The notes: generated from the sequence alone by a model not told the origin. Positions 48,094 to 58,111 are shown, counted from the first letter of the stretch. The stretch: DNA of 64,000 bases from an uncultured virus (IMG/VR IMGVR_UViG_3300014964_000592) (IMGVR_UViG_3300014964_000592:1-64000), one strand, 5' to 3'. Program-made: numbers and translations.

Positions 48094-48345
48094 ATGGCAA
48101 ATAAAGAAGACAAAGCCACGGGCGTTGAAATGCTCGGAAAGGCAGTTGAGGGCGAGGTCGATGTGACCGCCCTTGAAGAAGAAATCGCTAAACTCAAAAG
48201 CGAGAAAGCGGAAATGGAAAATCGCATCCAGCGCCTTACCAATGACCGCGACCAATACAGCAAATGGTGGGGCGAGGCAACCACGGAAAAGGAGCAACTC
48301 CGCGCCGTGGTAAAAGCCATCGCAGCCTACGCCAAGCTGGTGTGA
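48094..48345 (+). CDS. Coiled-coil hypothetical protein
   Basis: Packed ORF. Confidence 0.6.
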   Translation: MANKEDKATGVEMLGKAVEGEVDVTALEEEIAKLKSEKAEMENRIQRLTNDRDQYSKWWGEATTEKEQLRAVVKAIAAYAKLV

Positions 48346-48425
48346 CATGAGGATACGCCCGGATGTATTGCCGAGGGTGTATAGCCGGGCGTATCTATGC
48401 CTAAATCGTTTAATCAAAGACAAAT

Positions 48426-48698
48426 ATGGAAGCAAAAGCAATAATTCAAAAAGAGGAAGAGATGATGACCGATATTCGTGCCTTCATCCCCAAAATCGTA
48501 GGCATACGCCTTGAGGCGCAAAAGGCAACGGCGTGGCTGAAAAAGCAAAACGCGGAACTCGCTACCGCGTCAGAAGAAATGTTAGAGGCCATTGAAGCCT
48601 TATATCGCGCGGAAGCAGCCATGGGTAATGCTCATCAATACTTGTTAGTATCGCAGGCCACCCTCAAGAGCGGATGTTTCACGGAAAGCGCAACCTGA
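48426..48698 (+). CDS. Hypothetical protein
   Basis: ORF with an A-rich leader. Confidence 0.55.
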   Translation: MEAKAIIQKEEEMMTDIRAFIPKIVGIRLEAQKATAWLKKQNAELATASEEMLEAIEALYRAEAAMGNAHQYLLVSQATLKSGCFTESAT

Positions 48699-48737
48699 TT
48701 TATGGCCGTGTGGAAAGAAATTACTACCTTTGCATTG

Positions 48738-48855
48738 TCATTCAAAGCTGCGAAGCCCATGGATGGCGCTCAATAAGTTTTCATACCTTATGAACTTATT
48801 GGGTTTTGATTACATCGCGCCCCGGAAGCATCCGCTACTGGGGCGCACTTTTTTT
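48738..48855 (+). ncRNA. Candidate small RNA
   Basis: TACCTTTG -7 element (48725-48732), an internal long hairpin and a terminal GC hairpin with T-tract; no substantial ORF. Confidence 0.4.
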
Positions 48856-49125
48856 AGGCTGGGATGCGGTCAAATACAATCCGAATAGCCATAAAATAGC
48901 CATAGCCACGGCAAGACTACTAATAAGGATAAATCTATCATCAAGACGCAACATTATAGCAGACGCACCAAAATTGACGCTATAAGCATTTACTTTAACC
49001 GCGCTTTTGTCGCTATTAAAGCAATGCCTTTTATTATATTAATAAGGTGTAAGGGTACATAAAGTATCTACTTTTATTAATAAGTGTTAAAAATAAGCGT
49101 TTACTTTAATTTTGTGGTCTAAAAA

Positions 49126-49158
49126 TTTGGTGGATTAAATTATTCGCTTTAACTTTGC
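49126..49158 (+). promoter_or_regulatory. Sigma-A type promoter
   Basis: TTTGGTGGATTAAATTATTCGCTTTAACTTTGC, near-identical to the 5167 block. Confidence 0.75.
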
Positions 49159-49206
49159 TGACGTAATCAAAACCCCAATACATCAACCCACAAAAACCCA
49201 TAAGTT

Positions 49207-50076
49207 ATGAAGACCCTTAACGACGAAATCAACGAAATCAAAATCGCTAACAATAGCAAGGCGGCCAAGAAAGCCGCCCTCGCAAAACTGGGCATCACGC
49301 CCTACGAAATCGACATCATTCTTGAGGGTGTTGAATGTGCCACCCGTGGTCGCTTCACCTTTGGCGTAGAAATGGAGTGCTTCGTCAACCGAGGCGCAAT
49401 CAGAAACGCCGCAGAACGCACTGGTATGGCCTACGAATACGAGGGCTACAACCACCGCGACGGTCACGACTACTTTAAGTTTGTATCAGACGGCTCGGTG
49501 CGCGGTCTGGCTGACCCCATTGAATGTGTGTCGCCGGTGTTGGCTGGCACAAACGGCAAGCGCACACTGAAAGCCGCTTGCAAGACGCTGAACACCGCAA
49601 ACGCCCGCGTAAACAGCACATGCGGTTTGCACGTACACATCGGCGCAGCCAATCTGACCGGCAAGCAGTTTGCCAACGTGTTTGCCAACTATGCGATGCT
49701 TGAGGCAGTCATCGACACCTTTATGTCGCCCTCACGTCGCAACAACGAATATGCCGCAAGCATACAGTCACAGGTCAGATACCTTATGCCGGCCAATAGC
49801 GTAGGCGAGGTGCAAAGAGCCTTACGTGACAACCGCTACTGGAAAATCAACCCCATGGCATACAACCGCCATAAGACGATTGAATTTAGGCAGCACGCCG
49901 GCACGACCAACTACGACAAAATCATCAACTGGGTCACTTTCTGCGGCAAGCTCGTCATCTGGTCAAAGAAAAACCGCCTGACCGCCCCGGTTGCAAGCAT
50001 CGACGAGATACCCTTTCTGAACGCTGACGAAAAAGCCTTTTTCAAGGCACGTGCCAATCAGTTTGCAAGCCGTTAA
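49207..50076 (+). CDS. Putative amidoligase (COOH-NH2 ligase type 2)
   Basis: FTFGVEMEC, DGSV, ECVSPVL, STCGLHVHIG and KTIEFRQHAGT motifs. Confidence 0.88.
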   Translation: MKTLNDEINEIKIANNSKAAKKAALAKLGITPYEIDIILEGVECATRGRFTFGVEMECFVNRGAIRNAAERTGMAYEYEGYNHRDGHDYFKFVSDGSVRGLADPIECVSPVLAGTNGKRTLKAACKTLNTANARVNSTCGLHVHIGAANLTGKQFANVFANYAMLEAVIDTFMSPSRRNNEYAASIQSQVRYLMPANSVGEVQRALRDNRYWKINPMAYNRHKTIEFRQHAGTTNYDKIINWVTFCGKLVIWSKKNRLTAPVASIDEIPFLNADEKAFFKARANQFASR

Positions 50077-50167
50077 ACCGCCTATCGTGTTAGGGGTTGA
50101 AACATACCCCTAACACCCCTTAAATAACCCCTACAATCAATCAACAACCGCAAAATAGATATACACC

Positions 50168-50746
50168 ATGTGCGTCATCATAGTTAAGCCGGCAGGCGTA
50201 AAAATGCCCTCAAACGAAATCATCAACGCAGCCTACAACGCTAACCCCCACGGATGCGGCATCGTATCGCCGTCAGCCTTTTACAAGGGTCTGAGCTATC
50301 GTAGCTTCAAAAAGTGCCTTAAACAAGTCAGCCAAGACGAGCCGTGCATCATACACTTTCGCCTTGCTACCCATGGCTCAATCAAGCAGGCGAATTGCCA
50401 CCCCTTTCGCCGTGGCGATGTATGGTTTGCACATAACGGAATATTAGACATCAGACCGGTGGGCGACATGACCGACAGTGAAACCGCCCTACAAAATATC
50501 ATCTACCCGGCTATCGTCAAGTATGGCTATGGCTCTGACGGCATGGATTTAGCCGTCGCCAAGGTCATAGGCTATTCAAAATTTGCCTTTCTGCAAGGCG
50601 ATGATGTGCGTCTTTATGGCGATTTCATCAAGTCTGACGATGGATGTTACTACTCAAATTTACGCTTCATGCCTTATGTGGGCTGGCATCGGAATTACCG
50701 TAACTCAGCCAACAAAATGGGGTCTTTGATTACAACCGGGCGATAG
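50168..50746 (+). CDS. Class II (Ntn) glutamine amidotransferase
   Basis: N-terminal MC, NPHGCG, HFRLATHG, NCHPF, AHNGI and TDSE motifs. Confidence 0.9.
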   Translation: MCVIIVKPAGVKMPSNEIINAAYNANPHGCGIVSPSAFYKGLSYRSFKKCLKQVSQDEPCIIHFRLATHGSIKQANCHPFRRGDVWFAHNGILDIRPVGDMTDSETALQNIIYPAIVKYGYGSDGMDLAVAKVIGYSKFAFLQGDDVRLYGDFIKSDDGCYYSNLRFMPYVGWHRNYRNSANKMGSLITTGR

Positions 50747-50771
50747 CCCAACGCCCTAACAGGGCGAAAAG

Positions 50772-50845
50772 TACGACAATGAAATATAAGTCGTAATTAA
50801 GCGAGGTCAGTTTAAGCCGGCCTCGCTTTCGTTTTATGACCTTTG
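50772..50845 (+). promoter_or_regulatory. Putative late promoter of the tail tip/fibre operon
   Basis: TACGAC-N12-GTCGTA (50772-50795), 42 nt, GACCTTTG (50838-50845). Confidence 0.65.
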
Positions 50846-50851
50846 CGTATT

Positions 50852-53800
50852 ATGCTGACCATCTACGATAACAAAGGCGTAAAACGCTTTGAAACGCCAA
50901 TTAACAAAGGCTCTAAACGTGTCTTCAAGTTAATGGCAGACGACTATGTGACGCTAATTTTCAGCGTCGCAAAACCTATCTATTTCAAGTTAGGCGATTA
51001 TTGCGACATACCCGGATTTGGTAGGTTTGAACTTGTATCGCCTTATAAGCCGGTCTACAATCGTGCAACCAATGGCTATGACTACGAGTTAAGGCTGGAT
51101 GCGCAACACATGAAATGGCGCAATAAAATCATGCGCTATCTGCCCAAGACCGGAGGTGCTGAATGTGCGTGGTCACTGACTGCGACCGCCGACGTGCATT
51201 TGGCACAGGTGCTTGAGAATATTGAAGCTCTGGTAACTGAAACGCTTATGAATGGCGATAAGGTTATCAATCAGCGATATTTATACAATGGCGCGACGAA
51301 ATGGGCCACGTTGATAGATGGCAGCGTGGAGGCATCGGCAAAGACAATCAGCTACGACAGCACAAACATAATCGACGCACTTACGGCAATCGCGGAAGCA
51401 TTTGAATGTGAGTGGTGGCTGAATGGCAATATCATCTGCCTCGGAAAATGCGAAGAAACCAACGAATACGTTGACCTTGAAATCGGCATAAACGTAGCCG
51501 AGATGTCAAGAAGTGACTCGTCGGAAGACTATGTGACGCGCATCTTGGCGTTTGGCAGTGAGCGCAACATATCGCCCAGATACCGCAAAGACCTCCTTTT
51601 TGATGTCAAGGAAATAGCCAATGGCGGCAATCGTGTCAGCGATACAAGCCGACCGCTGGAGGCTGAATGGTTTGCATCTTCTATGGTGGAAACATCGTCA
51701 AGCGACAATACCCTCAAGCGCGTCAAGGGCATCACGATTGAAATCATCGACTCCACCGGTGCGGTCACGACCACGCTGAATGGCGTTATTTACAACCCGG
51801 ACTATAAGAGCGGAATATCGGATAAGAACTGGCTTCAACTGCCGAATGGCGCAGTCATGCAAGCCGGTCAGCGTTTCCGCATCAAGAATATCATTGAAAG
51901 CAAGGTCAAATCAAGCTATTTTTCCAGCCGTTACTCCGCTTATGATGATATTTCCAATGTGGTGCGCAACGGCATCGTGACAAGCCGATTGATGCTCCCT
52001 GTGTCGCACGGAACGCCCTATATCGACTATAAGCCGGGGCTGTCCATGGAAGAAGGCGTGGAAGATGTCGTTGTATTTGAAGATGTCTATCCACGTGCAG
52101 TTTGCGCCATCACAAAGATTGATACCGTGCAGCGCAAAGAAACCATCCAGAACGATGACGGAACGACAACCGAAACGACCTTTACCGCTTACAAAATCAA
52201 GGATGATTTCTTCACGTCTGCGCATCCCTTTGAAAATGATTACATCGTACCCAATGAAACGCTCAAGATAACATTCCAAGACGGAAAGCGATATAAAGAG
52301 GGCGATGTCATCCCGGATGGTAAGAAAGTGGGCGACCTTATCAATCCTGAAAGCGGAAAGCTGAACGGATGGACTTTTGAGGTGCAATTCACCAAAGACA
52401 AGGATGGCTCGGCTATCTGGGAAATAGTCAGGGATAACGAGGTCTTCATACCGAATGAAATCCTATGCCCTGAAATCGGCGACCAGTTTGTGCTGACCGG
52501 CTTTGATATATCGGTTGTCGATGACCTTTATGTGGAAGAAGCGGAAAAGGAGCTGCTTGACAAGGCGACCAAATACCTTGAAAAGCTAAACACCGACCCA
52601 TCTACATACGATTGCACAATGATGCCCGACGTAATGAAAGCCGGGCTGACCCTCGGACTCGGAAAGCGCGTCAATCTAATCAACGATGCGTTCATTGAAA
52701 CCACCACCGACGCAAACGGAAGAAAGTGGGGTCGCAAGAGCCGTGTCATTGGCTATGAAATTCCCCTTGATATTCCGTATGACAATCCCGTCTACACCAT
52801 TGGTGAAAAGGCGGCATATTCCCGCTTTGGTGAAATTGAAGACAAAATCGACGCACTGAAATTCTCCATGACCGCAGGCAAGAATTACCTTGGCGGTTAC
52901 TATTCCGATGGGTCTTCATCATCCAATGGCGGCATCTACGTCATCAAGCAGACCGACATCACGCCGGCAAGCGAAATCAACGTATTCTCGGCACTGCGCA
53001 GCTACCTTGAATTTACATCCAAAAAGGCAAAGGAAATCATCAATTACCTTTGGACTTTTATGCAGGGCATCCGCGTAGGCAACTATGTGATGAATAACGA
53101 TGGCGCGAAGATTGACCCCAATGGCGATGCGGAATTTAACGATGTCGTAATCCGCAAGGGTGCATCGGTAGGTACTGACCTTAATGTTGGCGGTGATGCT
53201 ACTGTTGGGAACGAGCTAACTGTCAAAAAAGGCGTGACCATCGGCGACTACTATCAGCCGGGTGCGTATGGTGGTCGCATCTGGATTGATGGCCTTGGAA
53301 AAGTACACATTGAAACCGACTATCTTGATGCAAGGGAGAAGATTGAAGCCAAAGAGGTGGAAATTCAGGAAGAAACCCACGTCGGTGGCTGTCAGATTAT
53401 ATCCCCGGCGGCTATGCGCTGCTCAAGGGTAATTCCAATATACAATGATGCCAACAGCGTTGTTGCTTATAAATGTTTCTTCACTGCGGAAGATGAAACC
53501 GGCACTCAGATTTTCAACCAGTTTGAGGTCGGTGACTTGGCTAAATGCGAAACATTCAACCTGACCAAGCAGCCAAACGGAAAGATGGGCAACCATTATT
53601 ATTGGCGCAAGGTTACGGAGGTCGGCTACGTCAACAAGGGCGATGCTGATTACGATGACGATTTCGGTATGGAGGGTTATATTGTTGTTTCCAACTTGCC
53701 GAAAGAAAAAGATACGGGCAGCGATGCTCCTTTGGCCGGCGACCGCATTATTACCGTCGGCAACGATGACCCGGCAAAGGCAGACCGCTCCAATCTTATC

Positions 53801-56800
53801 ATCCTTGCAAGCTACGGAAGCGGAAGCCCCTACATCTATCAGTATAAGGGCATCAACACCTTTGCGCTGACGAAAGACAATCTCAAGGTGGCAATATCAC
53901 CCAACGGCAACCTTTTCACCGGTAAATTCGTCATTGAGAACGGAACGGAAGAAGTTGATGTCGTTGACTACATTGAAAACAACATCTATCTTGAGGCATA
54001 TCAGCTTGTACTTTCCAACGAGATGGCCGGTGTGCCTTGCGATGTCAACGGCAATATTATCGGCGACCTGCCAAGTTCAAAGATTACAGTCTTTAAGGGC
54101 AAGACCGTTGAAACCGACTGGACTCTTTCATCGGAAGCCATCGGCTGTAAGGCATCCATCGTTTCTGACCATGTATATCTATCGGAATTGACCGACAAGA
54201 ACGCCACGGTCACGATTACAGCCACAAAGAAAGACTGCCCCACGCTGACAAAGGTAATGACCATCTGCAAGCTCAAAGAGGGCGAAGCGGGCGTTTCCGG
54301 CGACCACGCAGTGCAGTTTGAGATTGAGCCTGACAAGCCCATGGTGCTTGCCGACATGGATGGCGTGTGCGACCCCGCCAACCTTGGGTGTAAGGTCTAC
54401 ATGGTTATCGGCAATCAAAACCGCGTTGAGGTTCCACTTGCCAACACTGCGGCCATCACGACCTACAAGGCAGGCGATAAATTGCTTTTCTTCAACGGCA
54501 GATTGTTTGTCAGCCGACCCGTTGAAGTTGATGTTCCCACCGACCTTGTTTTGCGTTACGTCATCGTCAACCAAGACTATGTTACCGATGAAACAACCGG
54601 CAAGGTGTCGCCAGTTATAACGTCGGAAACAGAGCATATCTATACCGGCAAGGCTATTGAGATGTCGGCAAGGATGAAACACATCATCTTCAAACTATAT
54701 CGTGGAAACACACTTATCGACATGCAGACCGTTGTTGTGACTACCGACGCATCTGCGATGAAAGTGGTGTATGATACGCGCTTTGAGGTCAATGAAAAGG
54801 AAATCTTTGCCCATGCAAGCCGAATATCGCAGACGGAAAAGGATATTGCCGAGTTGCGCATTACGGCAGATGGCATTTCCGCGAACATCGGCAAACAGAT
54901 GGGCATCATTCAGGACATCATCAATGGCGCAGGGCGAAATCTTCTCTTGAAGACCAACTCGGCAGGTGTATGGAAATACGCATCCGACAGTATGTCTAAC
55001 GCATCGACCATAGGTCTTCTGAACAATCCCAACAACGCCACCAATTTCTATGTAGCACCACGCACCGACTCCACATACGAGATATTCTACTATCCCATTC
55101 GCCCGGAACTGATAAAACAGGGCGAAAAGTACACGTTCACGGTCAACATCAAGAATAAGACCAATTCGGTGTCTGACGTTCTTGAGTTTTACGCAGTGAT
55201 AGCAAACACCAACTCGTCTGTACAACTGACGAAAACGGCATACTTTGACGTGGTTGTAGGAAATGGCGAGTACCGATTGACCGTTGAACTTGAAGCCAGC
55301 GCAACGGGAACAAAGACCGGTACTCAAGTGCTGATTTTGGGTATTGTGCCGGCAAGAATAAACACATGGACTGCCATCTCGCTTTGGCATCCCAAACTTG
55401 AAAAGGGGTCAACAGCCACCGCATATTCCGAAGCACCGGAAGACCGCGAGGATTACCTTTATGCCGAGCTGAACACCAAAATCGACGTTACGGCAGAGGG
55501 GTTGCGGTCAGAGGTTACAAAGAAGATTGGTGAGTCGGAAGATAGGATTAACGCTGAACATAAATCCCTTATCCAGCAATCAGCCGATGAAATTCTTGCA
55601 CAGGTGGAAGCATGGGATGACGAACTTGGCGCAAGTATATCGGAAATACGTCAGACCGCAAACAGCATCAGCCTTAAAGTGCAAGAGCTTGCCGGCTACG
55701 AAAACCTTGTGACTGGAAATAGAACTGGAACTGGTTGGCTTTTACAAGACTATACCACTGGTGAATTTGTAGACACCACCCCAGACGAGAATGGTCAATA
55801 CATAATAGCCGTTGGTGATACGTCGGAAAGAAGATTGCGTACATCTCTTTTCAATCTTCAAGCAAATACCAAATACACCCTTTCGTTTGTGCGTGGTAGT
55901 ATAAATGCTAACACGAGTGGCTTTGCCATTGAAATAAAATATGGGGATGCAGGAACTATTTTGCATAGCAAAACATTCCTTGCTAATGCAATGGTGAATG
56001 AAATCCGCGAAACGCTGACTTTCACAACTGGAGATAGTGTGGTAGAGAACGCTTTCATCGACTTTATCCATCGTGGAAATCGCCCCAACGTGCAAATGTC
56101 AACCATGATGCGCATATCGCAAGTAATTCTTGAGATAGGCGAAATCGCACACCCTTATGTGGAAGACGCGACAGGTTTGTTGGCGACAGGTATTGATATT
56201 ATCAATAGGAAGATTGTATTCACATCCGACAATATCATATTCCGAAACAACAAGGGCGAGCAGTCTATGTTCATAGACAAGGATGGTCGTATCCTTGCAA
56301 AATTTATCAATGTAGAAGAGTTGCACGTAGACCATCTTATCGCCGGTGATGAAGATGGCGAATGTGTGGAAATAGACCCCGTTCAGAAAGCTATCTACAT
56401 CTATGACATTAACCATGAGCTTTGCACGACCATAAACGGTGAAGCGCATCCCGGTGGTATCAATGAAATTTACAAGGAAGTTACAGGTGGCTCAATAGAC
56501 CTCTATACAGCTATAAATGGCAACCAAATATCAAATGGCGGTTTTAGCTTTTACGGAGATAATTCAGGCATAGAAAAATCGCAGAATTATAAGGTATATT
56601 CCAAATCATGGCCGGCAGATGCCGCACCTATTGTTGAATTTAGTCAAGGCCGTATCTATTGCCACGCATACGCCCCCGGTTTTTACAAGCAAAGGAAAGA
56701 TAATTTATCATACGGTGCTGATACAATCGTCAGCATGGAAGATATGAGGCCATATTTCGCATCGGTCTATGTATCGGTTTGTCTGGAGGTTGCGGATGAT

Positions 56801-57637
56801 GAGAATTTCACCCAAAATGTAAAAACTTTCGGCATACATAATACGGGAGTGGGCGCAGATTCCGGGTTGAAAGATCCGACAAATATCTACGAGGGTCAAT
56901 ATTGGTACGAACCCGATGACCGCAACAACATCCGCGATTACGACCCAGCATATTCCCTGATGGATAATAGACGAGTTAAGGCTACGAAAAAAGGTTATTG
57001 CAGAATTGTGATGACTATCAATTTCCAAGCAAAGGGCTATAGAAGTTATGCGGAAGTAAAGTGGGGGTCTAATCATAGCGGCAGCAAAAATCTTGCAGCA
57101 TCATGGAGTGGCGAGTTCTATGTCAGCAATTTCTTTGCCAATGGATACTGTCTTGGTATTTCCAAAAATCAGTATGTGACGGCTTACAAGGACAAGAACG
57201 ACCACATGCACTTTGAAGTGGAGGATGTCAAGTACGGAATAAAAATATCAGACGATGGTATAAAGATTAAGCATCACAGCGGCAATTTTATGCCGATGCC
57301 GTTGCTTGTGTATCGCGCCAATATTTATTACACATCATCCTCTAATACATACGGATCATCTAAGTCTACATCCTTTGACGGAAACTACCCGACCATTTCA
57401 AAGGTTGGGGATAACGCCGGGCTTGTGCGCATTAAATTCCCTGATGCGTGGAGTGCTTTGTCGCTATCCGAAAATAACACCATTGTTCACATAGAGGGAT
57501 GGTCGAGAGCGTCAAAAAGCACATTCCGGATGAAAGGTAGTATCCGTAGTATATCAAATACGGAAATAAAAGTTGAAATATCCGATGACGCATCAGCTAA
57601 CGATGGCGATTTTACCATTGAAATTTATGTAATCTAA
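50852..57637 (+). CDS. Large tail tip/spike protein (about 2260 aa)
   Basis: N-terminal tail-hub-like region (AEAFECEWW, VTRILAFGSERNI, VFEDVYP); later carbohydrate-binding-like modules (GRNLLL...PKLEKGSTATAYSEAPED) flanked by ISEIRQTANSISLKV-type repeats. Confidence 0.85.
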   Translation: MLTIYDNKGVKRFETPINKGSKRVFKLMADDYVTLIFSVAKPIYFKLGDYCDIPGFGRFELVSPYKPVYNRATNGYDYELRLDAQHMKWRNKIMRYLPKTGGAECAWSLTATADVHLAQVLENIEALVTETLMNGDKVINQRYLYNGATKWATLIDGSVEASAKTISYDSTNIIDALTAIAEAFECEWWLNGNIICLGKCEETNEYVDLEIGINVAEMSRSDSSEDYVTRILAFGSERNISPRYRKDLLFDVKEIANGGNRVSDTSRPLEAEWFASSMVETSSSDNTLKRVKGITIEIIDSTGAVTTTLNGVIYNPDYKSGISDKNWLQLPNGAVMQAGQRFRIKNIIESKVKSSYFSSRYSAYDDISNVVRNGIVTSRLMLPVSHGTPYIDYKPGLSMEEGVEDVVVFEDVYPRAVCAITKIDTVQRKETIQNDDGTTTETTFTAYKIKDDFFTSAHPFENDYIVPNETLKITFQDGKRYKEGDVIPDGKKVGDLINPESGKLNGWTFEVQFTKDKDGSAIWEIVRDNEVFIPNEILCPEIGDQFVLTGFDISVVDDLYVEEAEKELLDKATKYLEKLNTDPSTYDCTMMPDVMKAGLTLGLGKRVNLINDAFIETTTDANGRKWGRKSRVIGYEIPLDIPYDNPVYTIGEKAAYSRFGEIEDKIDALKFSMTAGKNYLGGYYSDGSSSSNGGIYVIKQTDITPASEINVFSALRSYLEFTSKKAKEIINYLWTFMQGIRVGNYVMNNDGAKIDPNGDAEFNDVVIRKGASVGTDLNVGGDATVGNELTVKKGVTIGDYYQPGAYGGRIWIDGLGKVHIETDYLDAREKIEAKEVEIQEETHVGGCQIISPAAMRCSRVIPIYNDANSVVAYKCFFTAEDETGTQIFNQFEVGDLAKCETFNLTKQPNGKMGNHYYWRKVTEVGYVNKGDADYDDDFGMEGYIVVSNLPKEKDTGSDAPLAGDRIITVGNDDPAKADRSNLIILASYGSGSPYIYQYKGINTFALTKDNLKVAISPNGNLFTGKFVIENGTEEVDVVDYIENNIYLEAYQLVLSNEMAGVPCDVNGNIIGDLPSSKITVFKGKTVETDWTLSSEAIGCKASIVSDHVYLSELTDKNATVTITATKKDCPTLTKVMTICKLKEGEAGVSGDHAVQFEIEPDKPMVLADMDGVCDPANLGCKVYMVIGNQNRVEVPLANTAAITTYKAGDKLLFFNGRLFVSRPVEVDVPTDLVLRYVIVNQDYVTDETTGKVSPVITSETEHIYTGKAIEMSARMKHIIFKLYRGNTLIDMQTVVVTTDASAMKVVYDTRFEVNEKEIFAHASRISQTEKDIAELRITADGISANIGKQMGIIQDIINGAGRNLLLKTNSAGVWKYASDSMSNASTIGLLNNPNNATNFYVAPRTDSTYEIFYYPIRPELIKQGEKYTFTVNIKNKTNSVSDVLEFYAVIANTNSSVQLTKTAYFDVVVGNGEYRLTVELEASATGTKTGTQVLILGIVPARINTWTAISLWHPKLEKGSTATAYSEAPEDREDYLYAELNTKIDVTAEGLRSEVTKKIGESEDRINAEHKSLIQQSADEILAQVEAWDDELGASISEIRQTANSISLKVQELAGYENLVTGNRTGTGWLLQDYTTGEFVDTTPDENGQYIIAVGDTSERRLRTSLFNLQANTKYTLSFVRGSINANTSGFAIEIKYGDAGTILHSKTFLANAMVNEIRETLTFTTGDSVVENAFIDFIHRGNRPNVQMSTMMRISQVILEIGEIAHPYVEDATGLLATGIDIINRKIVFTSDNIIFRNNKGEQSMFIDKDGRILAKFINVEELHVDHLIAGDEDGECVEIDPVQKAIYIYDINHELCTTINGEAHPGGINEIYKEVTGGSIDLYTAINGNQISNGGFSFYGDNSGIEKSQNYKVYSKSWPADAAPIVEFSQGRIYCHAYAPGFYKQRKDNLSYGADTIVSMEDMRPYFASVYVSVCLEVADDENFTQNVKTFGIHNTGVGADSGLKDPTNIYEGQYWYEPDDRNNIRDYDPAYSLMDNRRVKATKKGYCRIVMTINFQAKGYRSYAEVKWGSNHSGSKNLAASWSGEFYVSNFFANGYCLGISKNQYVTAYKDKNDHMHFEVEDVKYGIKISDDGIKIKHHSGNFMPMPLLVYRANIYYTSSSNTYGSSKSTSFDGNYPTISKVGDNAGLVRIKFPDAWSALSLSENNTIVHIEGWSRASKSTFRMKGSIRSISNTEIKVEISDDASANDGDFTIEIYVI

Positions 57638-57648
57638 AAATCCCCAAT

Positions 57649-58110
57649 ATGCCCGAATTAGATACAACCACAAAATATCAGCTTACCGAAGCGGAAAAGA
57701 CCGATTTGGTCGCCCAGCTCAAGCAATCCTTTACCGATGGCTCTACAAAGGTGGAAATATCGGAAACATCCAAGGCTGACATCGTTTCGCAGATTTCAAA
57801 CAAGCTTTCATCCGGCACGTTATCCGTGAACATCAGCGAAGCCGATAAAGCCGACATCATCCAAGAAGTGCTTGCGGAACTGTATGCAAAATCACAGGGC
57901 ACCGCGACATTGGAAAAGGTCGGCAATCTTGACGGCGTAACATCAATCCCGGCGGTCAGAGATGATAAAGACATCGTAGCCGTGCCGCTCAATCTTCTTA
58001 TGACAAGCAAGCCCATAGAGGTTAGCGGTCAGCAAGACATCAATATTCTTGTGGCGCAAGGCAAGATAGTTGACTCCCAGTTTTATTTCACCCCCGTAGA
58101 AGACGAATAA
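57649..58110 (+). CDS. Hypothetical tail-associated protein with three short repeats
   Basis: LTEAEKTDLV / ISETSKADIV / ISEADKADII. Confidence 0.7.
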   Translation: MPELDTTTKYQLTEAEKTDLVAQLKQSFTDGSTKVEISETSKADIVSQISNKLSSGTLSVNISEADKADIIQEVLAELYAKSQGTATLEKVGNLDGVTSIPAVRDDKDIVAVPLNLLMTSKPIEVSGQQDINILVAQGKIVDSQFYFTPVEDE

Positions 58111-58111
58111 T

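Noticed and set aside
19905..51095. Other GAGTTA hexamers (about 19906, 35023, 38943, 51086)
   Set aside because: They are intergenic or out of frame inside other genes and lack an A/C-rich leader after a stop; those I translated close within a few codons. They are chance hits, and show that the hexamer alone does not define a start.
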